Positions 39,273 through 48,712 of a DNA stretch of 64,000 nt are shown here, in pieces. The position numbers were made by a program, and so were the translations under genes. The notes under the pieces are model-generated. The model did not search any database, was not told the origin of the DNA, and was given only the letters and a program-made list of their open reading frames with translations. The stretch is from Bacteroidota bacterium (GTDB lineage: Bacteria > Bacteroidota > Ignavibacteria > UBA10030), in the NCBI GenBank assembly GCA_049523215.1, contig JBEKNC010000008.1, positions 12,689-76,688 on the forward strand, written 5' to 3'. Numbering within the stretch: the first letter of the stretch is position 1; each line of letters starts with the position of its first letter.

Positions 39273-39830
39273 TCATTGTTCTTTTGGAATTGCAGCGATC
39301 TTTCCCTCCAGTGAGCCAATGTGGTCAGTTTTATAGAGCTCTGCCCGTTTAAAGTCTTCGAGCGCCTGGGCGATACTATTGGCGGAATGTTCAATGGACA
39401 CAATATTCTTGATTGCTTCTTGATTATCCTTTACCGATTTTTTTGTTTTACTAATTAAGAGAGCAATGATGGCAAGCGGGTTATTGATCTGATGCTGCAA
39501 ACCCTTTACAACTTCATGCATGGTTTTCAGTTGAGTATCTTTTATTTGTAATTCTTTCTCATGCACCAACTGCTGTGTTTCGTGTTGATGAAGTTTTGAA
39601 CGATACTCAATCACTTTCACCAAACTAACTGCCAAGAGCCACATGAATGGCAGTGCACTGAAAATATCATAGGCATCGGATAACGTTGCACCATGGTATT
39701 TCACTTTATAAAACAGACGCACGATGGAGATGAACAAGTAGCAATAAATAATATATCCCGAAAGCAAGGCAGGGTACCTTGCAAAGAACTCTGTTGTGTG
39801 CTCTCGTATTGAACGTAAAAATTTTATCAT
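39273..39830 (-). CDS. Membrane protein with a HisKA-type phosphoacceptor domain but no ATPase domain
   Basis: Two TM segments, a coiled coil and the H-box LQHQINNPLAII; the protein ends without N/G1/F/G2 boxes. Confidence 0.7.
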   Translation of the reverse strand: MIKFLRSIREHTTEFFARYPALLSGYIIYCYLFISIVRLFYKVKYHGATLSDAYDIFSALPFMWLLAVSLVKVIEYRSKLHQHETQQLVHEKELQIKDTQLKTMHEVVKGLQHQINNPLAIIALLISKTKKSVKDNQEAIKNIVSIEHSANSIAQALEDFKRAELYKTDHIGSLEGKIAAIPKEQ

Positions 39831-40311
39831 GAGGACTCCTTTTAAATTCAACTCCAAAAGTGCATTGTTCCGGGGAAACGTCGAGCTCGAGTTATTATAG
39901 TTGTATGGCGTAGTTAAGGGACCGCGTTGAAGAGCCCAAAACTATACTCTTAGGAGTGTTCTCTGAGCTCAAAACTCCTGGTTCAAACTATAAAAATTTT
40001 CACTTTGGAACAAATCTCGACCTGATTTTAACAAGTGTAATCTGTTTTGTACAGAGGATACCGATGATTCCCTTAAGCGGGAATAACCCGAGAGTATATA
40101 ATCCTTTTTTAGGAGAAAGAAGCACTGTTCAGAAAGGGCAAGAGCACCTGATTGTGCTGAAGGAATTGTTGTTGTGCAAGGAATTTGCCCCTCATGATCC
40201 TTTTCAAAAAAGGGAAGAAACGTCATGTTTGTCTTGGAAATTTTCATTTTATTGGAGGAACAAAAACCGAACACCTTCATATAAATGCATGACAAGAAAT
40301 CCTGATCTTCG

Positions 40312-41448
40312 ATGAATGATGAGATAACATTTTCAAAAAACTGCAACATCGCCTTTGTTTGTTTCTCCTCTTCTTTCGGGGGACTAGAATTAAGCATACT
40401 GAAACTCGCATCTGAATTCAACAAGAGAATGGCAGATTGCCTTATTATCGTACCACCGAACACATCGCTGGCACAGTCTGCTAGACAATATGATCTCAAA
40501 GTAGAACTCTTAAAGACAAAATTGAAGTACGGCGATGTTGCGGCTTCAATCCATTTGGCGCGCATTCTTCGATCCCGACGCATAGACGTCGTTGTTATCA
40601 TGCAATCAAAAGACATGAGTATTGTCACGGTTGCACACTTGCTCTATCCATATGCGAAACTTGTGTTCTACCAGGAAATGCAGTTCGGTATAAATAAACG
40701 CGATATTCTCCACACATGGATGTACTCTCATCTTTCACTCTGGATTACTCTGACAAAGAAGATGAAACAGGAAGTTATTGAGCATACACGCATGCCTCAG
40801 GAACGAATTAGCGTCATCCCCATTGGTTCGGACATGAAACGCTTTGATCCCAACCTCTACAATAGAGAAACAACCAGAAACCAGTTTGACATTCCACAAT
40901 CAAAACTTGTGGTTGGTATGTTAGGTAGATTGGACCCGCAAAAAGGACAGGAGGAGTTCATTCGAACTATTCCGATTCTTTTAAAACATCAAACTCATTT
41001 GCACTTCGTTATCGCTGGAGATGAAACTGAAGGGCAGCATGGATTCAAAAAGAACTTGAGAGATCTGAGCATCGAACTTGGAGTGAGCGACGAGGTTCAG
41101 TTTCTTCCATTTACTGATGCGGTACCGGAATTCATGTCTGCACTTGACATCTTCGTGCTTCCTTCCCATACCGAAACATTTGGCTTTGTCCTCGTTGAAG
41201 CATTGGCGATGGGAAAAGCAATTGTTGCAACAAACTCCGGTGGTGTACCGGAAATTATTACGGATGGCTCCACCGGACTTCTCATCCCGCCGCGAGACGT
41301 GCCGGCACTTGCAGATGCACTTTTAAAGCTACTCAAGGATCAGCGGCTACAATCTTCTTTTTCCTCTGAAGCACGGGCCGACGCTCTCAAACGTTTTGAT
41401 ATTGCACGGTGTGTAGATCAATTAGTCATCTCACTGGACACTCTCTAA
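40312..41448 (+). CDS. Glycosyltransferase family 4
   Basis: GGLE, GRLDPQKG and PSHTETFGFVLVEALA motifs. Confidence 0.9.
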   Translation: MNDEITFSKNCNIAFVCFSSSFGGLELSILKLASEFNKRMADCLIIVPPNTSLAQSARQYDLKVELLKTKLKYGDVAASIHLARILRSRRIDVVVIMQSKDMSIVTVAHLLYPYAKLVFYQEMQFGINKRDILHTWMYSHLSLWITLTKKMKQEVIEHTRMPQERISVIPIGSDMKRFDPNLYNRETTRNQFDIPQSKLVVGMLGRLDPQKGQEEFIRTIPILLKHQTHLHFVIAGDETEGQHGFKKNLRDLSIELGVSDEVQFLPFTDAVPEFMSALDIFVLPSHTETFGFVLVEALAMGKAIVATNSGGVPEIITDGSTGLLIPPRDVPALADALLKLLKDQRLQSSFSSEARADALKRFDIARCVDQLVISLDTL

Positions 41449-41605
41449 GAATCAATGCGAGAGTTATTAAAACATCATTTCTTGTACAAGCACAATCATA
41501 GAATGTATTATTGATTGATTTTCTTCGCGGACTTTCGCATCTTATTGAGGGAATCAATACCATCCAATGTGTGTTTAGTCATAGACAATTGAGAGGAGTA
41601 GTATT

Positions 41606-42040
41606 ATGACAACCGTCAGAAGTGTTTTGCAATCCAAAGGTAGTGATATCTGGTCGACCGCACCGGACACCTTGGTCTTTGATGCCCTGAAAGTGATGGC
41701 TGAAAAAAATGTCGGGGCACTCTTAGTGATGGAAGGCAATCAATTGATAGGAATCTTTTCAGAACGAGACTACGCAAGAAAGGTAGTGTTAGAAGGAGAA
41801 TCCTCCCATAATATTACCATACGAAATATCATGACCTCTGGTGTGATTTCTGTAGCACCTGATCAATCCATCGAAGATTGCATGGCTCTCATGACGGGCA
41901 AACGCATCCGTCATCTCCCCGTATTGGAAAACAGTAAAGTGGTCGGCATGATTTCAATTGGAGATGTCGTGAAAGCCATCATTTCCCAGCATGAAGACAC
42001 AATCAAGCAATTGGAAAATTATATTACCGGCGCTCGATAA
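41606..42040 (+). CDS. CBS-domain pair protein
   Basis: GIFSERDYARK, IRHLPV and ISIGDVVK motifs. Confidence 0.9.
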   Translation: MTTVRSVLQSKGSDIWSTAPDTLVFDALKVMAEKNVGALLVMEGNQLIGIFSERDYARKVVLEGESSHNITIRNIMTSGVISVAPDQSIEDCMALMTGKRIRHLPVLENSKVVGMISIGDVVKAIISQHEDTIKQLENYITGAR

Positions 42041-42084
42041 GTTTTCTTTTTTATAGAACAGGTTATTAACCTGTCCCACAAGAT

Positions 42085-42630
42085 TCAACTCATCGTTGAT
42101 GTTGCTTCCCTTATTGTCTGCTCACACTCTGCACAAAAATTCTTCCCTTTCACATCGATCTCTTCGGCTGAAGTAGAGGAGTGCATGACGCACTCCGGTC
42201 TATGGCAGTGAATAAGTCCGAAGGTATGGCCAAGCTCGTGAACAGCTTCCTTTAATAAGCGAATGTGTTTTAACTCGGGATTCGGATCCAATCCGAAGAG
42301 TTCTTCTCTGAGCCGAAACGAAGAAAGCACAGCAACTTTATCATCTAACTGGGCTTCTCCGAACACATACGTGAACACAGGTACAAAAAGATCCACCGTT
42401 GTTATTCCAATGATTTTCCCTTGATGTGTTGGATAGCTTTTGAGAAGTGCAGCAATGATGGAAGTGGAATTGAATTGGTTACGGTATGAATCAAATGCGA
42501 ACGCCGGATCAACGTAGCTCGATTCTTCGATGGAAACCGATTGTTCAAATGCGCTTGTTAACGGTGCGATAAGCGACGTTAATTCCGCATGATCGACCGG
42601 CCGAATCGGAACGATCAGAATTGACGACAT
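42085..42630 (-). CDS. Archaemetzincin-family zinc metalloprotease (M54)
   Basis: YVFGEA and KEAVHELGHTFGLIHC....CVM...FCAEC (HExxHxxGxxH plus Cys4 zinc finger). Confidence 0.9.
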   Translation of the reverse strand: MSSILIVPIRPVDHAELTSLIAPLTSAFEQSVSIEESSYVDPAFAFDSYRNQFNSTSIIAALLKSYPTHQGKIIGITTVDLFVPVFTYVFGEAQLDDKVAVLSSFRLREELFGLDPNPELKHIRLLKEAVHELGHTFGLIHCHRPECVMHSSTSAEEIDVKGKNFCAECEQTIREATSTMS

Positions 42631-42633
42631 CGC

Positions 42634-43989
42634 TTATGGTCTCTTTAAACCGTACTTGGTGATTTTGTTGTACAGCGTGACGCGATCAATATCGAGAATA
42701 TCCGCCGACCGCGAAATATTCCATCCGCATCGGTGAAGAATCATTTCAATGTGAGCTCGCTCAATCGCCGCAATCGAATCTGCCTGCAGCCCATGCGCTT
42801 TAGATGCTAACTGGAAGGGTAAATCGGTGTGCTGAATTGCCGGCGGCTTTGCAAGCACCATTGCACGTTCCATTACATTTTCCAATTCCCGTACGTTGCC
42901 CGGCCAATCATACTGCACCATAATATCCATTGCATTCGGACTAATCTCAGTGATCGCTTTGTGCATAGCGGCTGCATGTTTATTGCAGAAATACTCAGCA
43001 AGGAATGGAATATCCTGCCGGCGCTCACGCAGCGGGGGAATCACAATAGTAAAAACATTCAGACGGTAATAGAGATCTTCACGAAACGATCCCTCTTTAA
43101 TAGCGGCTTCGAGATCACGATTCGTAGCGCAGATCACGCGAAAATCGCTGGAGATGACTTCGTTTCCGCCGACACGTGTGAATTGCTTCGTCTCGAGAAC
43201 ACGCAATAACTGCACTTGCATTTTTTGGCTGATTGTTCCGATTTCATCGAGAAAGATTGTTCCACCATCAGACAATTCAAATTTTCCCTTTCTGCGAAAC
43301 TGTGCGCCGGTAAATGAACCTTTCTCATGACCAAATAGCTCGCTCTCCAGAAGGCTTTCAGCCATTGCACCGCAATTGACGGCAATGATTGGAAAGTAGC
43401 GACGGCTGCTGTTAGCGTGAATGACCCGCGCAATCAGCTCCTTGCCGGTTCCACTTTCACCGCGCAGCATTACTGTTGTATCGGTTTTAGAAACGGTCTT
43501 TGCCAGCTCTATCACTTTCTGGACTTGCTGACTTTCACCAACGATCTCGTTTGCTTTGACGATATCTGATATCTGTTCGCGAAGTTGGACATTTTCTTCT
43601 ACCAATTTTCTCTGTTTAAGAGCATTTGTGACAAGATGCGAAAGATGTTCCGGATCAATGGGCTTGGTGACATAATCGAACGCACCTTCTTTCAGCGCCT
43701 GTACAGCGCTTTCGACTGAAGCGTATGCCGTGATCATGATAACACTTGTGTTCTTGTCGATCTCCTTGAGGCGTTTCTGAAGATCAAGTCCGCTCATTCC
43801 GGGCATCTTGATATCGAGCAGTGCCAGATCCCATGGACCTTCATTCATTAATTTGAGTGCGTGATTTGCATCTTCCGCCGATTCAACGCGGTACCCATCT
43901 TGCCGGAACCACTTCGTCAGCGATTCACGGACAATCAGTTCATCATCAACAATCATGATGCTTTGTGGTGCAGACTTTTTTTCAGTCAT
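42634..43989 (-). CDS. sigma54-dependent response regulator (NtrC/AtoC family)
   Basis: Receiver (IVDDE, LDIKMP); AAA+ GESGTGKE, ESELFGHEKGSFTGA, FREDLYYRL and WPGNVREL; Fis-type HTH. Confidence 0.95.
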   Translation of the reverse strand: MTEKKSAPQSIMIVDDELIVRESLTKWFRQDGYRVESAEDANHALKLMNEGPWDLALLDIKMPGMSGLDLQKRLKEIDKNTSVIMITAYASVESAVQALKEGAFDYVTKPIDPEHLSHLVTNALKQRKLVEENVQLREQISDIVKANEIVGESQQVQKVIELAKTVSKTDTTVMLRGESGTGKELIARVIHANSSRRYFPIIAVNCGAMAESLLESELFGHEKGSFTGAQFRRKGKFELSDGGTIFLDEIGTISQKMQVQLLRVLETKQFTRVGGNEVISSDFRVICATNRDLEAAIKEGSFREDLYYRLNVFTIVIPPLRERRQDIPFLAEYFCNKHAAAMHKAITEISPNAMDIMVQYDWPGNVRELENVMERAMVLAKPPAIQHTDLPFQLASKAHGLQADSIAAIERAHIEMILHRCGWNISRSADILDIDRVTLYNKITKYGLKRP

Positions 43990-44016
43990 AATTCATGTCC
44001 CTTGATAAAAATTTTT

Positions 44017-45627
44017 TTAACTATGTATCTCTTCATTCGGCAAAGTTTGCCGTGGAAGTGTAATAGTGAATGTCGTGCCCATGCCTTGTTTTGATTCTAC
44101 GGATATTGAACCGCTATGACGCTCGATAATGCCATAGACCACCGAGAGGCCGAGTCCGGTGCCCTTGCCTTCTTTCTTTGTTGTATAAAACGGCTCAAAG
44201 ATATGTGGCATATCTTCTTCATGAATCCCGCTTCCTGTATCGCGCACTGTAATCTGCACTGCATTGAGATATTCAACTTCTTCTACGCGGATATAGAACG
44301 AACCACCGCCGGGCATCGCCTCAACAGCATTGATCTCAAGCGCAAGCAACGCCTCTTCTAATTGGTGCGGATCGCAGTACAGAACAACCTGTTTATCTCC
44401 CATCTCAACGACAGATGTAATATTATTCATTTTCAAGTGATGGTCGATAAGCTTGAAACTTCGCTCGATGATCAACCGCAGATCGGAATCTTTAAACTCG
44501 CCGACTTTCTCCCGCGAGAATAGCAGGAGATTCTTGACGATGTTGCCGCAACGCGCCGTCTCGTCCGCAATGAGCGTAAGCTCGCCGACCATTTCTTGTG
44601 TACTTTCCGCCGACGGAATTTCACGCTCCATTTTTTTCCGCAGCAACTTGGCATATGTAAGGATACCTTCCAGCGGATTATTCAATTCATGCGCAACAGT
44701 GGCAGCAAGGGTACCAAGCGATACCATCTTTTCAATTTGTACCATGTGCTTTTGTGCACGGCGAAGCTCTTCTGTTTTTTCGGCAACACGCTGTTCAAGT
44801 GTTTGTGTCCAAGTAGTCAGTTCTGTCCGTGCGCGTTTTAACTCCTGTGTCATCTGATTAAAGGACATTCCCAACGATCCAATTTCATCACTCATTTGGA
44901 CATCAATACGATAATCGAGATTCCCTTTCACGATTTCCTGAGTCCCAATCACAAGTCTCTTGACAGGAATATTGACCATCCTCCAGATGAAGACAGTAAC
45001 GAAGCCGGTGAGCAGAACGACAAGTGAAAGCGACCCAAGAATTTGTGTACGTTCGAACTGTGCAATATCCTGATCGACATCCTGAAGCGGGATCATGACA
45101 TCAAGAATTCCGAGCACGGTTTGGGAAGAGCTATGCGCATGGCAATCACTTGTGGAACAACTTGCATCATTTCGGATAGGAGTGATGATACCGATAACAC
45201 GATATCCTTTTGGTGAATCGAAAATGCGCTTGAGTGTCGGATCTTTCTGCGGAACAACCGGCTTCCCTGTTGCATGGCAGCCAATGCACGCCTCAGCAGT
45301 CATATCGATATTTTTCCCAACTTCAGCTTCTTGCGTCGAAAATGTAACCATCCCTTTTTTATTTATGATACGTATTCCTTCTATGCGTGGCTCATTTCCA
45401 ATGGTTTTTATAATTTCGTAAATATCCTCCCGCCGATTGAGCAGCATACTGTAACGGGTTGATCGACTAATAAGATCGCTGATATTCGTTGCCGATTGTT
45501 TAGCAGAAGCTATATACTTGCTGGATTGCCAGTCTACAAGAAGCATGGTAAACAGCGTCGTTCCAACCAACACGATCACTGCAATACCGAGAAATAATCG
45601 AAAACCAAGTAAATGGAAAAATCGCAT
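44017..45627 (-). CDS. Sensor histidine kinase with periplasmic c-type haem motifs and HAMP domain
   Basis: TM-periplasmic domain-TM with CIGCH and CSTSDCH; HAMP; AHELNNPL, DTGSGI, PFYTTK and GTGLGL. Confidence 0.92.
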   Translation of the reverse strand: MRFFHLLGFRLFLGIAVIVLVGTTLFTMLLVDWQSSKYIASAKQSATNISDLISRSTRYSMLLNRREDIYEIIKTIGNEPRIEGIRIINKKGMVTFSTQEAEVGKNIDMTAEACIGCHATGKPVVPQKDPTLKRIFDSPKGYRVIGIITPIRNDASCSTSDCHAHSSSQTVLGILDVMIPLQDVDQDIAQFERTQILGSLSLVVLLTGFVTVFIWRMVNIPVKRLVIGTQEIVKGNLDYRIDVQMSDEIGSLGMSFNQMTQELKRARTELTTWTQTLEQRVAEKTEELRRAQKHMVQIEKMVSLGTLAATVAHELNNPLEGILTYAKLLRKKMEREIPSAESTQEMVGELTLIADETARCGNIVKNLLLFSREKVGEFKDSDLRLIIERSFKLIDHHLKMNNITSVVEMGDKQVVLYCDPHQLEEALLALEINAVEAMPGGGSFYIRVEEVEYLNAVQITVRDTGSGIHEEDMPHIFEPFYTTKKEGKGTGLGLSVVYGIIERHSGSISVESKQGMGTTFTITLPRQTLPNEEIHS

Positions 45628-45660
45628 AGTGTTCAAGTTGAATTAATATACAGTTTTTTG

Positions 45661-45675
45661 GCAAGATTTGTGCCA
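45661..45675 (-). promoter_or_regulatory. sigma54 (-24/-12) promoter for the HK-RR-archaemetzincin genes
   Basis: Minus strand TGGCAC-AAATC-TTGC, a perfect match to TGGCAC-N5-TTGC. Confidence 0.8.
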
Positions 45676-45734
45676 ATAACAAACAGGGTTGATAAACTCA
45701 ACAATCTGCGGTAAGAATGGCTTAAAGTCTCAAT

Positions 45735-45774
45735 AAAAAGAAAGCCTCTCCCAAAAAAAGTAATGGGAAAGGCT
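45735..45774 (-). terminator. Intrinsic terminator after the second GcvH-like gene
   Basis: Minus strand AGCCTTTCCCA-loop-TGGGAGAGGCT followed by TTCTTTTT. Confidence 0.7.
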
Positions 45775-45795
45775 GGAAATAGATAGTATTTGAAA

Positions 45796-46608
45796 TTATT
45801 GAGGTAAGTGCACTATCCGATTCACAACTTCTAAGTAGACTTTTGGACCGAGGATGCTTTCGATGCTGTTTACACCAATACCGCCGTCAAACAACGTTGT
45901 CCCTGCTGAAGGGTGGTTATATCGGAAAGCATGTGTAAATGAATGTTCAATGTTTCGCATTGTTCGTTCGATATTCTGCCGCGAATCAGTTGCAGAACTA
46001 AAACTATGAAGTCCTTTCGTCTTTGTGGTAATCTCCATAATCCAACCTTCGCCAAACGGTGACATACCCAGCAAATTCGGTTTTTGCTGCAATGCCGGAT
46101 TAAACTTGCAAATGGTTGCGTCGATGGGAGAACGAAGTGTAATGGCGCCCCCCGGTAAGATAATCCAGCAGAACGGATCATGCCGTCGTATGCTTGATGG
46201 AGCTTTTGAGACGACGATACTGAGTATCGGTTGAAAGAAATTTGCAAGGATGTGATTGATTCCGATTCGATACTTGCCTGTCTCGTTCTCCTGAACCCAA
46301 TAGTGACTGCGATTATACATTCTATCCTGCGGTACTACAACTGCATGTAAACCTTCAAGATAATTCTTCAATGTGTTTCTGAAGAGTGCATCGGCGGTCA
46401 TTGCTTTTTCTTCTATGGGGACAACCGACTCTTCCTCATTGCGAGGATCCATAGTTCCTAATTGCCGTTTCTGGATGGTATTATTGAATTCACAGGACTC
46501 GCAACGAAATTCTTGATCACAAAGTTTAAATCCTGTTACCCCTGCATCCATCCAAACACATCGCAGTTCGCCTTGAGGAATAACACTCTGAGTTGATTTC
46601 TTTTCCAT
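45796..46608 (-). CDS. GcvH-like protein with N-terminal Cys-rich domain, lacking the lipoyl-Lys
   Basis: CVWMDAGV..KLCDQEFRCESC; H-protein fold signatures SHYWV..YRIGI, SPIDA..NPAL..P..L...PFGEGW; C-terminal GTTLFDGG. Confidence 0.8.
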   Translation of the reverse strand: MEKKSTQSVIPQGELRCVWMDAGVTGFKLCDQEFRCESCEFNNTIQKRQLGTMDPRNEEESVVPIEEKAMTADALFRNTLKNYLEGLHAVVVPQDRMYNRSHYWVQENETGKYRIGINHILANFFQPILSIVVSKAPSSIRRHDPFCWIILPGGAITLRSPIDATICKFNPALQQKPNLLGMSPFGEGWIMEITTKTKGLHSFSSATDSRQNIERTMRNIEHSFTHAFRYNHPSAGTTLFDGGIGVNSIESILGPKVYLEVVNRIVHLPQ

Positions 46609-46642
46609 ATTTTTTCTCCTCCAATTTCATGCTTTTAATTTA

Positions 46643-47818
46643 TCAAGCCGAAACATCGATAAAATGTACAACTTCATGTTGAGCAACCCTATGTTCTTCT
46701 TCGTGGTGTTCGGGAAAGATCGGCAAGTACTTGACAGCAAGTCGAAAGATTGCAAATCCTAATGCAACAATCATTAATGTAATCGAGCTCTCAATCGCCG
46801 ATGGAAAATAATTTGCTCCTGCACTTCGTTCTACAGAAGTGATTGCAACATTCAGCCGATTGAACACAAACCCCATAACAACCAATAATGCAGAAACAAA
46901 AAGTCCTCTTCTATTCATTCGCACGCGCGGGCTGATGAGCAGAAGCATCGGGAGAATGACACCTAATCCAATTTCTACCCAATACATCATTCCTTCATAA
47001 TTAAACGTAAAGACATATTGCCAAAGTCTCATCGTATGAATATCTTCAATTTTAAGCACAAGATAGACCGCAAGTGCCACAACGGTCACTTTAGCAATTT
47101 GCGTAAGTATATGTACTTCTATCTCACGATGGAATGCCCGCGAACTCAAGAAAGATTCGATGATCACCATCGCCGGACCGACTGCCATTGCCGATGCAAA
47201 GAAAAGGTATGGCAGGCTGGAAGAGTACCAAAGAGGATACACTTTTTCCGGAATGATAAGAAACAATGATCCAAGTGATGATTGATGGAGTGATGACAGA
47301 ACAACACCGAGAAGAACCATTGGAATGGTGATACTATGGATGATCTTTTGCGGGCGTTCAAAATTTAATTTTTCGAAAATAATCGGACTGAATTCCAAAG
47401 CGAGCACTGTCGTATAGAGCATGACGCACCAGCCAACTTCAAACATGACAGAATGCGGATTCCACATGATGATCGGGTGCCACACATTCCATGGTTTTCC
47501 CAAGTCGAACATCAGTCCTAAAATCACTAAAACATATCCAAGAAATGCAGTTAGAATTGCAGGCCGCAGAATCGGGCGATATCGCTCAAGGTTGAAGAGA
47601 TAGACCGAGGCGGCAATAACAAATCCACCCGCTGCAAGACCGACACCGCATACGACATCAAAACCAACCCACAATCCCCAAGGAAATTTATCGCTGAGGT
47701 TTGTCGCAGTACCAAGTCCCCAGCCAAAACGAATGACCGTGGAGACAACTCCTGCAGCCATAATGACCCAAAACACCGCTGTCCAAAATGTAAGCTTAGA
47801 AAATACTCTCCAAATCAT
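46643..47818 (-). CDS. NrfD/PsrC/HybB-family integral membrane quinone-interacting protein
   Basis: TNLSD.FPWGLW, GVGLAAGG, DLGKPW, SVMFEV, LHQSSLGSL and NRLNV motifs; about 10 TM helices. Confidence 0.9.
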   Translation of the reverse strand: MIWRVFSKLTFWTAVFWVIMAAGVVSTVIRFGWGLGTATNLSDKFPWGLWVGFDVVCGVGLAAGGFVIAASVYLFNLERYRPILRPAILTAFLGYVLVILGLMFDLGKPWNVWHPIIMWNPHSVMFEVGWCVMLYTTVLALEFSPIIFEKLNFERPQKIIHSITIPMVLLGVVLSSLHQSSLGSLFLIIPEKVYPLWYSSSLPYLFFASAMAVGPAMVIIESFLSSRAFHREIEVHILTQIAKVTVVALAVYLVLKIEDIHTMRLWQYVFTFNYEGMMYWVEIGLGVILPMLLLISPRVRMNRRGLFVSALLVVMGFVFNRLNVAITSVERSAGANYFPSAIESSITLMIVALGFAIFRLAVKYLPIFPEHHEEEHRVAQHEVVHFIDVSA

Positions 47819-47833
47819 AACTGTCTCCGTTGC

Positions 47834-48616
47834 CTATTCATAGTGATCCGGAGTACCGTTTTTCTTTTGAGATTCCATCTCCTTCAATTTAAGTTCGAAG
47901 GCTTGGACCTCTTTGCGTCGGTTGGTAATCCACCAAACACCAGACAACAACGTGCTGCCCCAGAAGACATAATTTGGAATCTTTGAGAGAATCTCCCATG
48001 TAAGATTCGGCAAAGGATGATTGGGAAGATTCATTTTCAATCCGAGTTTCTCGAACGATTTATCCGAGATATAGAGAATCGACGTTCCACCCGCTTCACG
48101 AACTCCATAGATAGACGGATAGTACTTACCCGAATCGACATACATTCTTTTTTGCGCTTCTTTGATAAGTTCATCCACAGTGCCAAATGTACGAGCACCC
48201 GTCGGACATGCTTCTGCACAAGCAGGTCTTTCGCCTTTTTCAATGCGCTCATGACACAAATCGCATTTCGTTACTTTCGGATTCAGGCTGTTCCATTGGT
48301 ATTTCGGAACATCGAAAGGACACGCTTGAATACAATACCTGCAGCCCATGCATTTGTCTGCATCATAGACAACAGCACCCGTTTTCGTTTTCTTAAACGC
48401 ACCAACCGGACACACCGAAGCGCACGTAGGTTCTGCACAATGCATGCACATGCGTGGCAGATACGATTCATCGACTTGCAATACGGCTGTGTTTTGAACC
48501 GAGGAAAGGACATGCTGTTCTGAAACAGGATTTCCCCACCGTTCAGCATCAGCGACTTCACAGGCATAACAACCAACACAGAGAGTCGTATCAATCAACA
48601 TTCCATAACCAAACAT
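47834..48616 (-). CDS. HybA/FdnH-like multi-[4Fe-4S] ferredoxin with C-terminal TM anchor
   Basis: CVGCYACEVAD, CMHC..PTC..VCP, CMGCRYC..ACP and CDLC...PAC..ACP; C-terminal TM helix; no twin-arginine signal. Confidence 0.9.
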   Translation of the reverse strand: MFGYGMLIDTTLCVGCYACEVADAERWGNPVSEQHVLSSVQNTAVLQVDESYLPRMCMHCAEPTCASVCPVGAFKKTKTGAVVYDADKCMGCRYCIQACPFDVPKYQWNSLNPKVTKCDLCHERIEKGERPACAEACPTGARTFGTVDELIKEAQKRMYVDSGKYYPSIYGVREAGGTSILYISDKSFEKLGLKMNLPNHPLPNLTWEILSKIPNYVFWGSTLLSGVWWITNRRKEVQAFELKLKEMESQKKNGTPDHYE

Positions 48617-48712
48617 ATCAGCTTCTCCAGAATTTCAGACAACTTTCATAAGTTCACATCTTACATCTCACCTTAATGAGGAGGAGAGTGATCATCGGAG
48701 TCTTGTTGGTAT

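Noticed and set aside
39956-40628. ORFs 39956-40315 (+) and 39969-40628 (-)
   Set aside because: No family motifs; they lie in an AT-rich divergent intergenic region or antisense to the GT4 gene.
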